A model generated the notes under the pieces. The model saw nothing but the letters and a program-made list of their open reading frames with translations, was not told where the DNA came from and searched no databases. This document shows positions 41,144 through 49,980 of a stretch of 64,000 nt of DNA, in pieces. A program made the position numbers and the translations under genes. The stretch lies in IMG/VR virus record IMGVR_UViG_3300048008_000607; one strand, given 5' to 3'. This stretch comes from an uncultured virus (IMG/VR IMGVR_UViG_3300048008_000607). Taxonomy: Duplodnaviria; Heunggongvirae; Uroviricota; Caudoviricetes; Crassvirales. Position 1 is the first letter of the stretch. The number at the start of each line of letters is the position of its first letter.

Positions 41144-41374
41144 ATGAACACACAATTACAAAACTATTTAGATTTACAAAACAAAATCAATCGAATTGAA
41201 AAACTAACCAATGCTGAATGGGATACAAGATACATGCTTGAAAAGTTTGTACCCACTGTATGGAATGACGGCTTTGACGTGCAAGACATTGTTGACTACA
41301 TAACAGTTAAGCTTCATGAAGTAATTGATAAGCTTGAAAAAGAAAAAGAAATTATAACAACAAACACAAAATAA
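41144..41374 (+). CDS. Early hypothetical protein
   Basis: 76 aa; follows motif copy 7. Confidence 0.6.
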   Translation: MNTQLQNYLDLQNKINRIEKLTNAEWDTRYMLEKFVPTVWNDGFDVQDIVDYITVKLHEVIDKLEKEKEIITTNTK

Positions 41375-41375
41375 A

Positions 41376-41522
41376 ATGGCTGGTAACAAACACAACACAC
41401 AGTTTGCTATACACAAACCAAAGTTTTATACACTAACGTTCAAAGATCTATACAACGAAGAACGTACAATGACTGGCACACCTAGTCAAGTTATAAACTA
41501 TATACTTAACCAACAGCTATAA
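41376..41522 (+). CDS. Early hypothetical protein (48 aa)
   Basis: Hand-translated MAGNKHNTQFAIHKPKF...QQL. Confidence 0.5.
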   Translation: MAGNKHNTQFAIHKPKFYTLTFKDLYNEERTMTGTPSQVINYILNQQL

Positions 41523-41527
41523 TACAT

Positions 41528-41770
41528 TGATGGTCCTCTACCCCGTTGGCTTCGGCGAGGATAAGGATTAGCTACCTGAAGAACCTCAAAGGGGACGCCA
41601 TCATTATAATATTTTTGTGTGTTTGTAGGACCAATAAAACCGTCGTACCTCTGCAGGGGTAAATAAAACCGGCGGTGAGGTCTTCACACAAATTAAAATC
41701 TACAGAGGATAACCGACGGGTTTATAAAATCTCGAGATGAAGTGAGGGTAATGTTCCTCCTCCTCTGTAC
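41528..41770 (+). ncRNA. Candidate structured non-coding RNA
   Basis: Locally GC-richer intergenic gap with several stems and a GC-UUCG-GC loop; see findings. Confidence 0.45.
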
Positions 41771-41801
41771 AATATTAAATAATAACTTTAAATTAAATAT
41801 T

Positions 41802-42044
41802 ATGACAAATCCAATCGACGATCGAATTGAGGCAAAGCTAATATCTAAAATAGCACACTATAGATTAAGTGTACGTACTCAATTTCGTAACAGACACCAC
41901 GCTGCTTGGCCTGATCTATCTTATAAATTAGTTATGGGTGACATTAGCAATCTAAGAGTATGGCTTCGCATGGCTGAATTAATTGAACCTATGAAAACAA
42001 CCACACCATATACAACATATATGGCTAAAGAATTAACACAATGA
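41802..42044 (+). CDS. Hypothetical protein
   Basis: Probable start MTNPIDDRIE after an AT-rich leader, within track ORF 41742. Confidence 0.55.
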   Translation: MTNPIDDRIEAKLISKIAHYRLSVRTQFRNRHHAAWPDLSYKLVMGDISNLRVWLRMAELIEPMKTTTPYTTYMAKELTQ

Positions 42045-42244
42045 CAATAAAAGAATTAAAACAATATGTAGCTGACAAACGCAAAGCTAAAGCTATTGAA
42101 TGGAAAAAACAAACTGCTATACACGGCTATTGTCGCCCATTCACTGATAAAGATTACTATAGTAATAGAGATATAATATTTGCAGGTAAATCATCATACA
42201 AAATAAAATTTGTACATAATAATATATTTAAAACTACAAGATAA
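42041..42244 (+). CDS. Hypothetical basic protein
   Basis: 67 aa; stop lies inside motif copy 8. Confidence 0.55.
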   Translation: MTIKELKQYVADKRKAKAIEWKKQTAIHGYCRPFTDKDYYSNRDIIFAGKSSYKIKFVHNNIFKTTR

Positions 42245-42266
42245 ACACGAATAAATATGGATAATA
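42235..42266 (+). promoter_or_regulatory. Early promoter-like motif, copy 8
   Basis: TACAAGATAAACACGA-ATAAATAT-GGATAATA. Confidence 0.7.
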
Positions 42267-42676
42267 CAAAAACAAAAGAAAAAGTTGCACGACCAGAAAA
42301 AATATTAAATATGGTTCAAAAAGAATTAGATTTAGAAGATATATCAATTAAAAACCGTACACGTGAAATGTCACAAGCACGCTTTATATATTTTAAATTA
42401 GCTAGAAAATATTGCAGGTATGCAAGCTTGTCTAAAATAGGTAAAGTTGTTAAACGTGATCATGCAACTGTAATTAACGGTTTAAAAAAGTTTGATACTG
42501 AAGCTAAATATGATCCATATATGTACGACGTATATGATAATATAGCTAAACACCTTGACATATATTATGTTAAGCCCGGACGTGAAGAATACATTGATAT
42601 GACATTTGATCAAGTATTAGACCGCGTAGATAAATTAGAAGATAAAATAAATAAATTTGTAGGATGGAAAAATTAA
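42257..42676 (+). CDS. DnaA C-terminal (domain IV) HTH-like protein
   Basis: RTREMSQAR...SLSKIG...RDHATVING matches the DnaA_C pattern; true start may be downstream because this ATG lies in motif copy 8. Confidence 0.75.
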   Translation: MDNTKTKEKVARPEKILNMVQKELDLEDISIKNRTREMSQARFIYFKLARKYCRYASLSKIGKVVKRDHATVINGLKKFDTEAKYDPYMYDVYDNIAKHLDIYYVKPGREEYIDMTFDQVLDRVDKLEDKINKFVGWKN

Positions 42677-42891
42677 AAAAAGAAACAATTCAAGTAAACT
42701 CAAAAGCAATTAAAAAAGTAACTTATAATTATTCTAATAATAGATTAAGGCTTACCTTTAACAATGATAAAGAATATAACTATCACAGTGTTGAACCTTT
42801 TATATTTGAAGGTATGAGGTCAGCTAAATCAATTGGTAAGTTTATTAATAAACATATAATTAGATCTCACAAGTATTCTTATGTTAAATAA
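42664..42891 (+). CDS. KTSC domain protein
   Basis: 75 aa; NSKAI..V.Y....L.L.F....Y.Y..V...SIGKFIN..I. Confidence 0.8.
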   Translation: MEKLKKETIQVNSKAIKKVTYNYSNNRLRLTFNNDKEYNYHSVEPFIFEGMRSAKSIGKFINKHIIRSHKYSYVK

Positions 42892-43063
42892 TATATCTGA
42901 AACAACAGCTAAAGTATGGAGGTTTGTACACGAATTAACCATAACAGACTTTGCTAATAAAGAATTATCTGATGAGGATGCATCAGCATTGTATGAAATA
43001 ATACAGGCGGCTGAAACTATTGTAAAGCTTAAACCTGAAATATACGAACTAATAAATAAATAA
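42881..43063 (+). CDS. Hypothetical protein
   Basis: 60 aa; within the operon. Confidence 0.5.
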   Translation: MLNNISETTAKVWRFVHELTITDFANKELSDEDASALYEIIQAAETIVKLKPEIYELINK

Positions 43064-43064
43064 T

Positions 43065-43343
43065 ATGAGTTTAACAGACGGAAATATTGAACGCATTGCA
43101 CAATTACTATTTGAAAAATTAGTTAAAAAACAATCTGAAGAACAGGATAATGCAGTTCAGCAATATGTTATATACGACGAATTTGGTAATTCATCTTCAG
43201 TATCTGAATCAGAATTTTTTCATTATGAATTAGAAAGATTATATGAACTTGAAAATAAATATGTAGGTGACGAACAATATGAAAAAGCTGATATAATTAA
43301 AAATAAAATAAGACAAATCAAATTAAAATTAAAAGGATTGTAA
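43065..43343 (+). CDS. Protein with C-terminal UVR-like motif
   Basis: 92 aa; EQYEKADIIKNKI resembles the UvrB/UvrC coiled-coil motif. Confidence 0.5.
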   Translation: MSLTDGNIERIAQLLFEKLVKKQSEEQDNAVQQYVIYDEFGNSSSVSESEFFHYELERLYELENKYVGDEQYEKADIIKNKIRQIKLKLKGL

Positions 43344-43584
43344 TGGATGAATTAATAATTAATTGCCCACGCTATGGAGATCATAAGTATCTGATTAACA
43401 ATAGGGTTGCTATACACGTTCAAGAAAAAGCTATTAATGATATACTTAAGTATTTCCATCCGGAAGCAATAATAGATATTACAACAATATTTTAATATGA
43501 GTTATAAATTATATAAACACCTGATGAATTCTAATTATAAAAATATATCAGAGAATATAAAAAGTTTAACCAAACCTAAAAAAT

Positions 43585-43788
43585 ATGATAAACTTAAAAA
43601 CAAGAAAAACTAAACACGTTAATTTTGTATTAGATCATATTCATCATATGCATCGTAGTTTAACTGAAAAAGCTAAAAGCTTAGATGAATTAAAAGGAAA
43701 GGAATTAAATTCAAAAGTAAAAGAAATACAATCTATTTCTAAAAGAATGAAACAGTGTAGAAAATATTTAAACTTAATAATGTTATAA
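43585..43788 (+). CDS. Hypothetical basic protein
   Basis: 67 aa, from the ORF track. Confidence 0.5.
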   Translation: MINLKTRKTKHVNFVLDHIHHMHRSLTEKAKSLDELKGKELNSKVKEIQSISKRMKQCRKYLNLIML

Positions 43789-43873
43789 TGGGTAAAACAA
43801 AAGAACAATTAAATCATATCACACAATCCGAATTAGAGGATTTAGAAATCCTTTACGAAATCATCGGCCCAGA

Positions 43874-43922
43874 GTGTGACGATAGCAAATAAATATAAAC
43901 AAGTAGCAGGCTAATGTCGCAT
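43874..43922. promoter_or_regulatory. Inverted repeat overlapping the start of the HTH gene (operator candidate 2)
   Basis: GTGTGACGATAG-N25-CTAATGTCGCAT; contains ATG 43914. Confidence 0.55.
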
Positions 43923-44531
43923 AAAAAACTCGACTATCTTAATCGAAGACGCATCGTATATCGACGCGGACCAATTACTGACACCCCTTCTGAATCTTAC
44001 AGCTGGGGTGATTTTTATGAAAGTGGTACGTACGAATGTTATGAGCTCTTTAGAAGTAAGGCTAAGATAACGTCTTATAAGTCATTTAAATGGCATATGC
44101 TTGTCCTATGGTATCTTAATCCTAGTTTAAATTATGATGAGATAACAGAATTAGCAAATTTTATTGCTGATAAAGAAAATGGTTTTACAACTATTGCATT
44201 GTCAAAAGCATCAATACAAAATTTAGTACAAGAAGTTTTTGAAAGTGATTTAGATGTACCACCTAAAAATAAAATAAGAAAAATAATATTTAAAGAAGTT
44301 ACTGGATTAAGTACTTCTGAAAAGTTAAGTATTGTTGGAAAACTCATTGGTAAGAAAAAAAAGGCAGCGCCTAGTGATATTTATGAAACAATGTTGTATA
44401 TTCACGATAACAACAAAAAAATCACAATATCAAATGTGGCTTCGGCTTTAAATGTATCAACCAGAACAATTTATAGAAATATAACAAATGAGATAAGACA
44501 AGAAAAACTTTTATTAAATGAAGAAGTATAA
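43914..44531 (+). CDS. HTH DNA-binding protein (Rep-like or regulator)
   Basis: 205 aa; C-terminal ITISNVASALNVSTRTIYRNI helix-turn-helix. Confidence 0.7.
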   Translation: MSHKKLDYLNRRRIVYRRGPITDTPSESYSWGDFYESGTYECYELFRSKAKITSYKSFKWHMLVLWYLNPSLNYDEITELANFIADKENGFTTIALSKASIQNLVQEVFESDLDVPPKNKIRKIIFKEVTGLSTSEKLSIVGKLIGKKKKAAPSDIYETMLYIHDNNKKITISNVASALNVSTRTIYRNITNEIRQEKLLLNEEV

Positions 44532-45249
44532 TGTACAGAACTATGTACGGTATAAGCACGACCTAGACAGAACCTTAGCTAGAGATTTAAAAAACGAACG
44601 AGAAAAAATTATAGTTGAAAACATGGAATTAGTTGAAAACATTGCTAGAAAATTTTCTACAACACAACAAGCTTCAGGTGTATTAACTATAAATGATTTA
44701 ATTCAAGAAGGTTCAATAGGTTTAATTCATGCTGTAGATAAGATTGATTGGGATGTTATAACGGATTCTACAGAACCCGAACGTACATTAAAATCGTTTC
44801 TATCTAAACGTATTAAAGGAGCAATACGCAGAGCGATAGATATTAATAGAGGTAATATTAGAATACCTGAGCATAAATTAAATGACATGCGTAAAAATTC
44901 TGATCAAGAAAAAAGAACTATTGAAATGTTTTTTAATAGTGTATTTTCTAGTATTGATGATAACGTAGATAAGTTTATTCAAGTAGAAGATAAAACCAAA
45001 GATTACAATATAGATATTATGAATAAATATCTATTAGGTATAATGGAAGCACATTTAAATATAAAAGAATATGATGTGCTTAGGATGAGTTATGGTTTAG
45101 ACTGTGATAAAATGTCGGCTAAAGAAATAGCAGATAAATTAAAAATTGATGGCACTGCTGCTTATGTGAGAATTTCTCAAATAAAAAGAGATGCAATTAA
45201 TAAGTTAATAAACAATGTAGACCCAGCCCAAGTAGTTGATTTACTGTGA
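44518..45249 (+). CDS. Phage sigma70-family sigma factor
   Basis: 243 aa; region 2 LVENIARKF...DLIQEGSIGLI...RIKGAIRRAI; region 4 YGL...SAKEIADKL...RISQIKRDAINKL. Confidence 0.9.
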   Translation: MKKYNVQNYVRYKHDLDRTLARDLKNEREKIIVENMELVENIARKFSTTQQASGVLTINDLIQEGSIGLIHAVDKIDWDVITDSTEPERTLKSFLSKRIKGAIRRAIDINRGNIRIPEHKLNDMRKNSDQEKRTIEMFFNSVFSSIDDNVDKFIQVEDKTKDYNIDIMNKYLLGIMEAHLNIKEYDVLRMSYGLDCDKMSAKEIADKLKIDGTAAYVRISQIKRDAINKLINNVDPAQVVDLL

Positions 45250-45293
45250 GTTACACAGTAATATGTATTTAAAATCAATTTTAATTATATAAT

Positions 45294-45848
45294 ATGAATA
45301 TTCACGAAAAATTAAGTTTAATTCAACAAGAGTTTAAATCAAAAAAGTCAAGGTATAATTCTTTTGGCAAGTATAACTTTCGATCAGCTGAAGATATTCT
45401 TGAAGCATTAAAACCTTTTAATAAGAAGTACGGGGTGTATTTCACAATAAGCGAATCTGCTGCTGATTACTTCAATGATAAACATCCGCCTATTATTATT
45501 AGTAAAGCTATAATATCTGATGGTGAAAATACTATTGAAGCTCAAGCTGTAGTAGGTGTAGATCTTAACCAAAAAGGAATGCAAACTCCTCAACAGTTTG
45601 GATCAGCATCTTCATATGCTAAAAAGTATTCATTAGGCAATTTGTTGCTTATTGATGATACTCAAGATTCAGATGCTAGTAATACAGGGGGTAAAACTAA
45701 TTTAAAAAGAAATACAACAAAACCTGAAATTAATATGACAAATATAGATCAAGCTAAAAAGTTTTTAGCAAGTGGAGGCAGCGTTGAAACTTTACATGAG
45801 AAATATACAATTAGCCCTGCTATATTGAAAATATTAAAGAATGAATAA
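45294..45848 (+). CDS. ERF-family single-strand annealing protein
   Basis: 184 aa; YNSFGKYNFRSAEDILEALKP and GSASSYAKKY. Confidence 0.85.
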   Translation: MNIHEKLSLIQQEFKSKKSRYNSFGKYNFRSAEDILEALKPFNKKYGVYFTISESAADYFNDKHPPIIISKAIISDGENTIEAQAVVGVDLNQKGMQTPQQFGSASSYAKKYSLGNLLLIDDTQDSDASNTGGKTNLKRNTTKPEINMTNIDQAKKFLASGGSVETLHEKYTISPAILKILKNE

Positions 45849-46584
45849 GGATAAAATTTTAAAAAAATTACAAGAAGATGAGCATTACTATGGAGAGTTT
45901 GGTAAGCAATATTTAAGTAATTCAGACATATCCGTATTATTAGACAATCCGCTTAATTTTAAGCAACCTTCAAAACCAATTCCCGCTTTTTTAGTCGGTG
46001 GTTATTTTCATACTGCAATACTTGAACCAGACAAACTGGAAAAGTATAAAGTAATTGAAGCAACTACTAGAAATACAAAGAAGTACAAGGAAATTTCTGA
46101 GGGGGAGCTATGCTTATTACAGCATGAAGTTGATCAGATTGAATTAATGCGAGAAAAGGTCTTAAGTAATAAGATCTGTAAAGAGTTTATTCTAGGTTCA
46201 AATAGTAAATCACAAATTGAATATGAAGTACCTGGGGTAATCGAATTAGAAGGTAATTGGTGGAAAGGTAAAGCTGATATAGTTAATCATGACGAAAAAC
46301 TAATTATTGATTTAAAAACGACTGGTGATTTAAATCGATTTAAAAGCAGTGCTTACCGCTATAATTACGATAGTCAAGCCTATATATATAGGAAAATATT
46401 TGATTATGATTTTTTGTTTATAGCTATAGATAAAAGTACACATCAAATTGGTATCTTTGATTGTTCAGATAGATTTTATGAGTCTGGTTTTGAAAAAGTA
46501 AAGAAAGCTACAGATGTTTATGATTTATTCTATAAGACCGATGGGTTCGATCCATCACAGTACTTTGTACAAAAAACACTTTAA
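45841..46584 (+). CDS. PD-(D/E)XK exonuclease (RecE/exonuclease VIII-like)
   Basis: 247 aa; G...HTAILEP, KGKAD, IIDLKTT, Y..QA..Y. Confidence 0.8.
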   Translation: MNKDKILKKLQEDEHYYGEFGKQYLSNSDISVLLDNPLNFKQPSKPIPAFLVGGYFHTAILEPDKLEKYKVIEATTRNTKKYKEISEGELCLLQHEVDQIELMREKVLSNKICKEFILGSNSKSQIEYEVPGVIELEGNWWKGKADIVNHDEKLIIDLKTTGDLNRFKSSAYRYNYDSQAYIYRKIFDYDFLFIAIDKSTHQIGIFDCSDRFYESGFEKVKKATDVYDLFYKTDGFDPSQYFVQKTL

Positions 46585-46604
46585 TTAATTTAAATTTTAT
46601 TATT

Positions 46605-46772
46605 ATGGCACGAACTAGAAAAAAAACATGTAATGTCAGCGGAGTTACCACAAATGAAAACAATTTTTATAATGGTCACTCTCACGTAAAAGCCGTAGAT
46701 AATCTACGCCGTGTAACTGGAGCAAATAAAGAACAGTTGCGCAGAATGTTTAATACTTTAAGTACATATTAA
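46605..46772 (+). CDS. Hypothetical protein (55 aa)
   Basis: Hand-translated MARTRKKTCNVSG...LSTY; fills an operon gap. Confidence 0.5.
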   Translation: MARTRKKTCNVSGVTTNENNFYNGHSHVKAVDNLRRVTGANKEQLRRMFNTLSTY

Positions 46773-46773
46773 A

Positions 46774-47094
46774 ATGGCTGGTATAATTAAAACAAGTATT
46801 AACCTTACTAATATACCTAAAGATAAAATTATTGAAGGTAAAAAAGGAAAATACTTACCTATTACTATAACTGTAAATGATGAAGTTGATCAATTTGGTA
46901 ATCAAGGCCCTGTAATTGTTTCACAAACAAAAGAAGAGCGTGATGCTAAAACTGAAAAAACTTATCTTGGTAATGCACAAGTAGTTTGGACTAATGGTGA
47001 ATTTCCTTCACCACCACCTCGTGATGGTCAAACACCCCAAGCGGCTTCGGCACAAGCCCAATCTATAGCACCAGACAATGATTTACCATTCTAA
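46774..47094 (+). CDS. Putative ssDNA-binding protein
   Basis: 106 aa; C-terminal DNDLPF tail; sits between recombination and primase genes. Confidence 0.7.
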   Translation: MAGIIKTSINLTNIPKDKIIEGKKGKYLPITITVNDEVDQFGNQGPVIVSQTKEERDAKTEKTYLGNAQVVWTNGEFPSPPPRDGQTPQAASAQAQSIAPDNDLPF

Positions 47095-47104
47095 ATAAAA
47101 TTAG

Positions 47105-48820
47105 ATGATAAACAACACAGAGATCAATGGATTTTTGATTGAGCAATTCAATCAATACGATCTGGATGTAGGTAAGCCACAAGGCATTTGTCCTTTGTGC
47201 TCTCATGACAGAAAACCTGAGAATAAAAAGCAAAAGTGTGCTTCTTACGATTGGGAACGGGGTCTCGGCACTTGTCATAACTGTGATCAAACTTTTCAAC
47301 TACATACGTACCAACGCAAGGGAAATGCGGATAAGATTTATGTTAAACCAGAACCCCTTGAAGTAGTTACAGAAGTTAGTACTAAAGTAGAAGAATGGTT
47401 TCAATCACGTGGTATATCCAAGGAAACTCTAAAGGCTCTCAAAGTATCTGAGGGCCTTGAGTTTATGCCACAGACCGGAAAACAAGAAAATGCTATACAT
47501 TTTAATTATTTTGTAGGCGGCGAGCTTATAAATATAAAATATAGAGATGGTAGAAAGAATTTTAAATTATTTAAAGGAGCCGAAAAGGTTTTTTATAATA
47601 TTGATAATATTGTTGGCTTTGAATATTGTATTATTGTGGAAGGCGAGATGGATGCTCTTAGTCTTTATGAAGCTGGTATATCTAACGTTATATCTGTCCC
47701 AAACGGCGCCACATTAAATAGTAATAATTTAGACTACTTAGATAATTGCATTGATTATTTTTTAGATAAAGAAAAAATAATTATAGCAGTAGACTCTGAT
47801 GAAGCCGGTCAAGCATTACAATCTGAATTAGTTAGAAGATTAGGAGCTGAAATATGCTACATAGCTAATTTTGATGATTGTAAAGACGCAAACGAATATC
47901 TTTTAAAATATGGAAAACAAAAACTGGCAGAGTGTATTTCAGGAGCAAAGCCAGTACCGCTGGAGAATGTTACTACATTCCGGGATATTGAAGGAGAAAT
48001 TACCGACTTTGTTAAAAATGGCTTTAAAAAAGGATACCAAATTGGCATTCCAAATTTTGATGAAATTTTTTCAACATACACTGGTCAATTCATTACTGTT
48101 ACTGGTATTCCTTCTTCCGGAAAAAGTGATTTTGTCGACCAAATGGTTGTGGGCTATAACCAAAATTATGGTTGGAAAACGGCATTTGCTTCGCCTGAAA
48201 ATGCACCAACTTATTTACATGCTCATAAGCTGATGCGTAAAGTGTGGCAAGATATGCCGCGTAAAGATCAAATTGGGTCTGATAAATGGAATCAAGTAGC
48301 TGACCACGTTAATGATAATTTCTTTTTCATTGATATGGACAGATATACACTTGAGTCTGTATTGCGTAAAGGTGCTGAATTAGTAAAACGTAAAGGAATT
48401 AAATGTTTAGTTATTGATCCTTTCAATAAAGTAAGAGATGTTGATGCTAAAACAGAAGATGTAAATAGATATACAATGGAATACTTAACTAAAATTGAAA
48501 CCTTTGCTAAAAAGTTTGATGTTTTAGTTATAGTAGTTGCTCACCCAACTAAAATGTATAAAGATGGAAATGGAAAGATTGAAGAACCGACTATGTATAA
48601 TATCAAAGGAGGTGGTGAGTGGTATGATGCTTCTTATCATGGCCTTCTTGTTCACAGGGATTACGACAATAAAACAGTTAAAGCAAAAGTTCTTAAAGTT
48701 AAATTTCAAAACTTAGGAGAAAATGGAGCAGAAGCACATTTCAAATGGGAACCTAGATCTGGTTGTTTTATACCTCATGAGCCTATGAACTTAGAAAAAG
48801 AAGCAATGCCTTGGGAATAG
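47105..48820 (+). CDS. Primase-helicase (T7 gp4/Twinkle-like)
   Basis: 571 aa; zinc finger CPLC...CHNC, TOPRIM EGEMD/DSD, Walker A GIPSSGKS, VIDP, VAHP. Confidence 0.92.
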   Translation: MINNTEINGFLIEQFNQYDLDVGKPQGICPLCSHDRKPENKKQKCASYDWERGLGTCHNCDQTFQLHTYQRKGNADKIYVKPEPLEVVTEVSTKVEEWFQSRGISKETLKALKVSEGLEFMPQTGKQENAIHFNYFVGGELINIKYRDGRKNFKLFKGAEKVFYNIDNIVGFEYCIIVEGEMDALSLYEAGISNVISVPNGATLNSNNLDYLDNCIDYFLDKEKIIIAVDSDEAGQALQSELVRRLGAEICYIANFDDCKDANEYLLKYGKQKLAECISGAKPVPLENVTTFRDIEGEITDFVKNGFKKGYQIGIPNFDEIFSTYTGQFITVTGIPSSGKSDFVDQMVVGYNQNYGWKTAFASPENAPTYLHAHKLMRKVWQDMPRKDQIGSDKWNQVADHVNDNFFFIDMDRYTLESVLRKGAELVKRKGIKCLVIDPFNKVRDVDAKTEDVNRYTMEYLTKIETFAKKFDVLVIVVAHPTKMYKDGNGKIEEPTMYNIKGGGEWYDASYHGLLVHRDYDNKTVKAKVLKVKFQNLGENGAEAHFKWEPRSGCFIPHEPMNLEKEAMPWE

Positions 48821-49084
48821 ATGGCTAAAAAAGAAACTAAATGGATGCCTCATTATGAGCCTTCAAATGAAGAGTATGAATGGCATAATTTTTGTACCAC
48901 TAAGGGTATAATTATATCACCTATTGCTGCTGTAAGAGGGTCTAATCCTGAGGAATGGCGTATAGGAGTTTCTTTTATGCCTGATTATAAAAAAATAAAT
49001 TTATCGCCATCTATATATGATAAACATATTATATGGCAGGAAACATTTAAAATGATGAAATATTATTATGATAAATATAGATGA
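48821..49084 (+). CDS. Hypothetical protein
   Basis: 87 aa; within the operon. Confidence 0.55.
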   Translation: MAKKETKWMPHYEPSNEEYEWHNFCTTKGIIISPIAAVRGSNPEEWRIGVSFMPDYKKINLSPSIYDKHIIWQETFKMMKYYYDKYR

Positions 49085-49892
49085 AGAATATAGAGGTTTA
49101 CTATCGGGTGTTTTTCACGCGGGTAAAAATAAAGAAGATCGCACGGGCGTTGGTACAAAATCTGTTTTTGGTCGTACAATCCGTCACGACATGGCTGGAG
49201 GGTTTCCTCTTATTACAACAAAAAAAGTTAGTTTCAATGCCGCTCTTACAGAAATATTATGGATACTTCAAGGTCGCACTGATTTACAATATCTTACTAA
49301 CCATAATGTTAATTATTGGACTCCCAACTATGAAGCATCAGGAAGGAACGATGGAACTCTTGGCAAGGTATACGGTTATCAGTGGAGAAATTTCAATGGT
49401 GTTGATCAATTGCGTAATTTATTATTGGACATCAAAAGAACCCCACATTCGAGAAGACTTTTGGTTAATGCTTGGAATCCTAGCGATTTCGATGATATGG
49501 CATTGCCTCCTTGTCATTATGGTTTTCAAGTCTATATAAATAACGGTGTAATGGATCTTATTTGGCAACAAAGATCTGTTGATATATTTTTAGGTTTACC
49601 TTATGATATAGCAATGTATGGTTTATTATTGTTAATGTTAGCTAAAGGAAATGGATATGAGCCAGGGCAATTAATAGGCCAGCTTGGTGATTGCCATTTA
49701 TATAACAATCATTTGGAGCAAGCTAAAATACAATTAGCTAGAGAACCAAAAAATTTACCAACTGTTGATATTTCTTTTGGTTTAAAGATTCAAGAAGGCG
49801 CAAATAACTTTATATTTATACCATCACATAACATGTTTAAATTAAATAATTATGAGTCACACCCAAGAATCAAAGCAGAACTTGCAATCTGA
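49068..49892 (+). CDS. thyA: Thymidylate synthase-family enzyme with Asp at the dUMP/dCMP specificity site
   Basis: 274 aa; DRTGVGT, YGYQWR, SRR, PPCH, QRSVD, DCHLY.NH; GLPYD in place of GLPFN. Confidence 0.9.
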   Translation: MINIDEEYRGLLSGVFHAGKNKEDRTGVGTKSVFGRTIRHDMAGGFPLITTKKVSFNAALTEILWILQGRTDLQYLTNHNVNYWTPNYEASGRNDGTLGKVYGYQWRNFNGVDQLRNLLLDIKRTPHSRRLLVNAWNPSDFDDMALPPCHYGFQVYINNGVMDLIWQQRSVDIFLGLPYDIAMYGLLLLMLAKGNGYEPGQLIGQLGDCHLYNNHLEQAKIQLAREPKNLPTVDISFGLKIQEGANNFIFIPSHNMFKLNNYESHPRIKAELAI

Positions 49893-49980
49893 AAAATTAT
49901 GGTTTAATAAAACAAACTATATGGCAAAATATTTAAATAAAAAAAGTAATAAAATAATTGAAAAAATAAAAAACAAAAAT

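Noticed and set aside
41575..41600. Hammerhead ribozyme or tRNA in the structured gap
   Set aside because: CTGAAGA is present but the required downstream GAAA is not; no cloverleaf or T-loop consensus found.
37841..42266. Early-region repeats as a CRISPR array or integron attC cassettes
   Set aside because: Spacing is irregular (79 bp to over 1100 bp), the copies are degenerate and non-palindromic, and no cas or integrase gene is visible.
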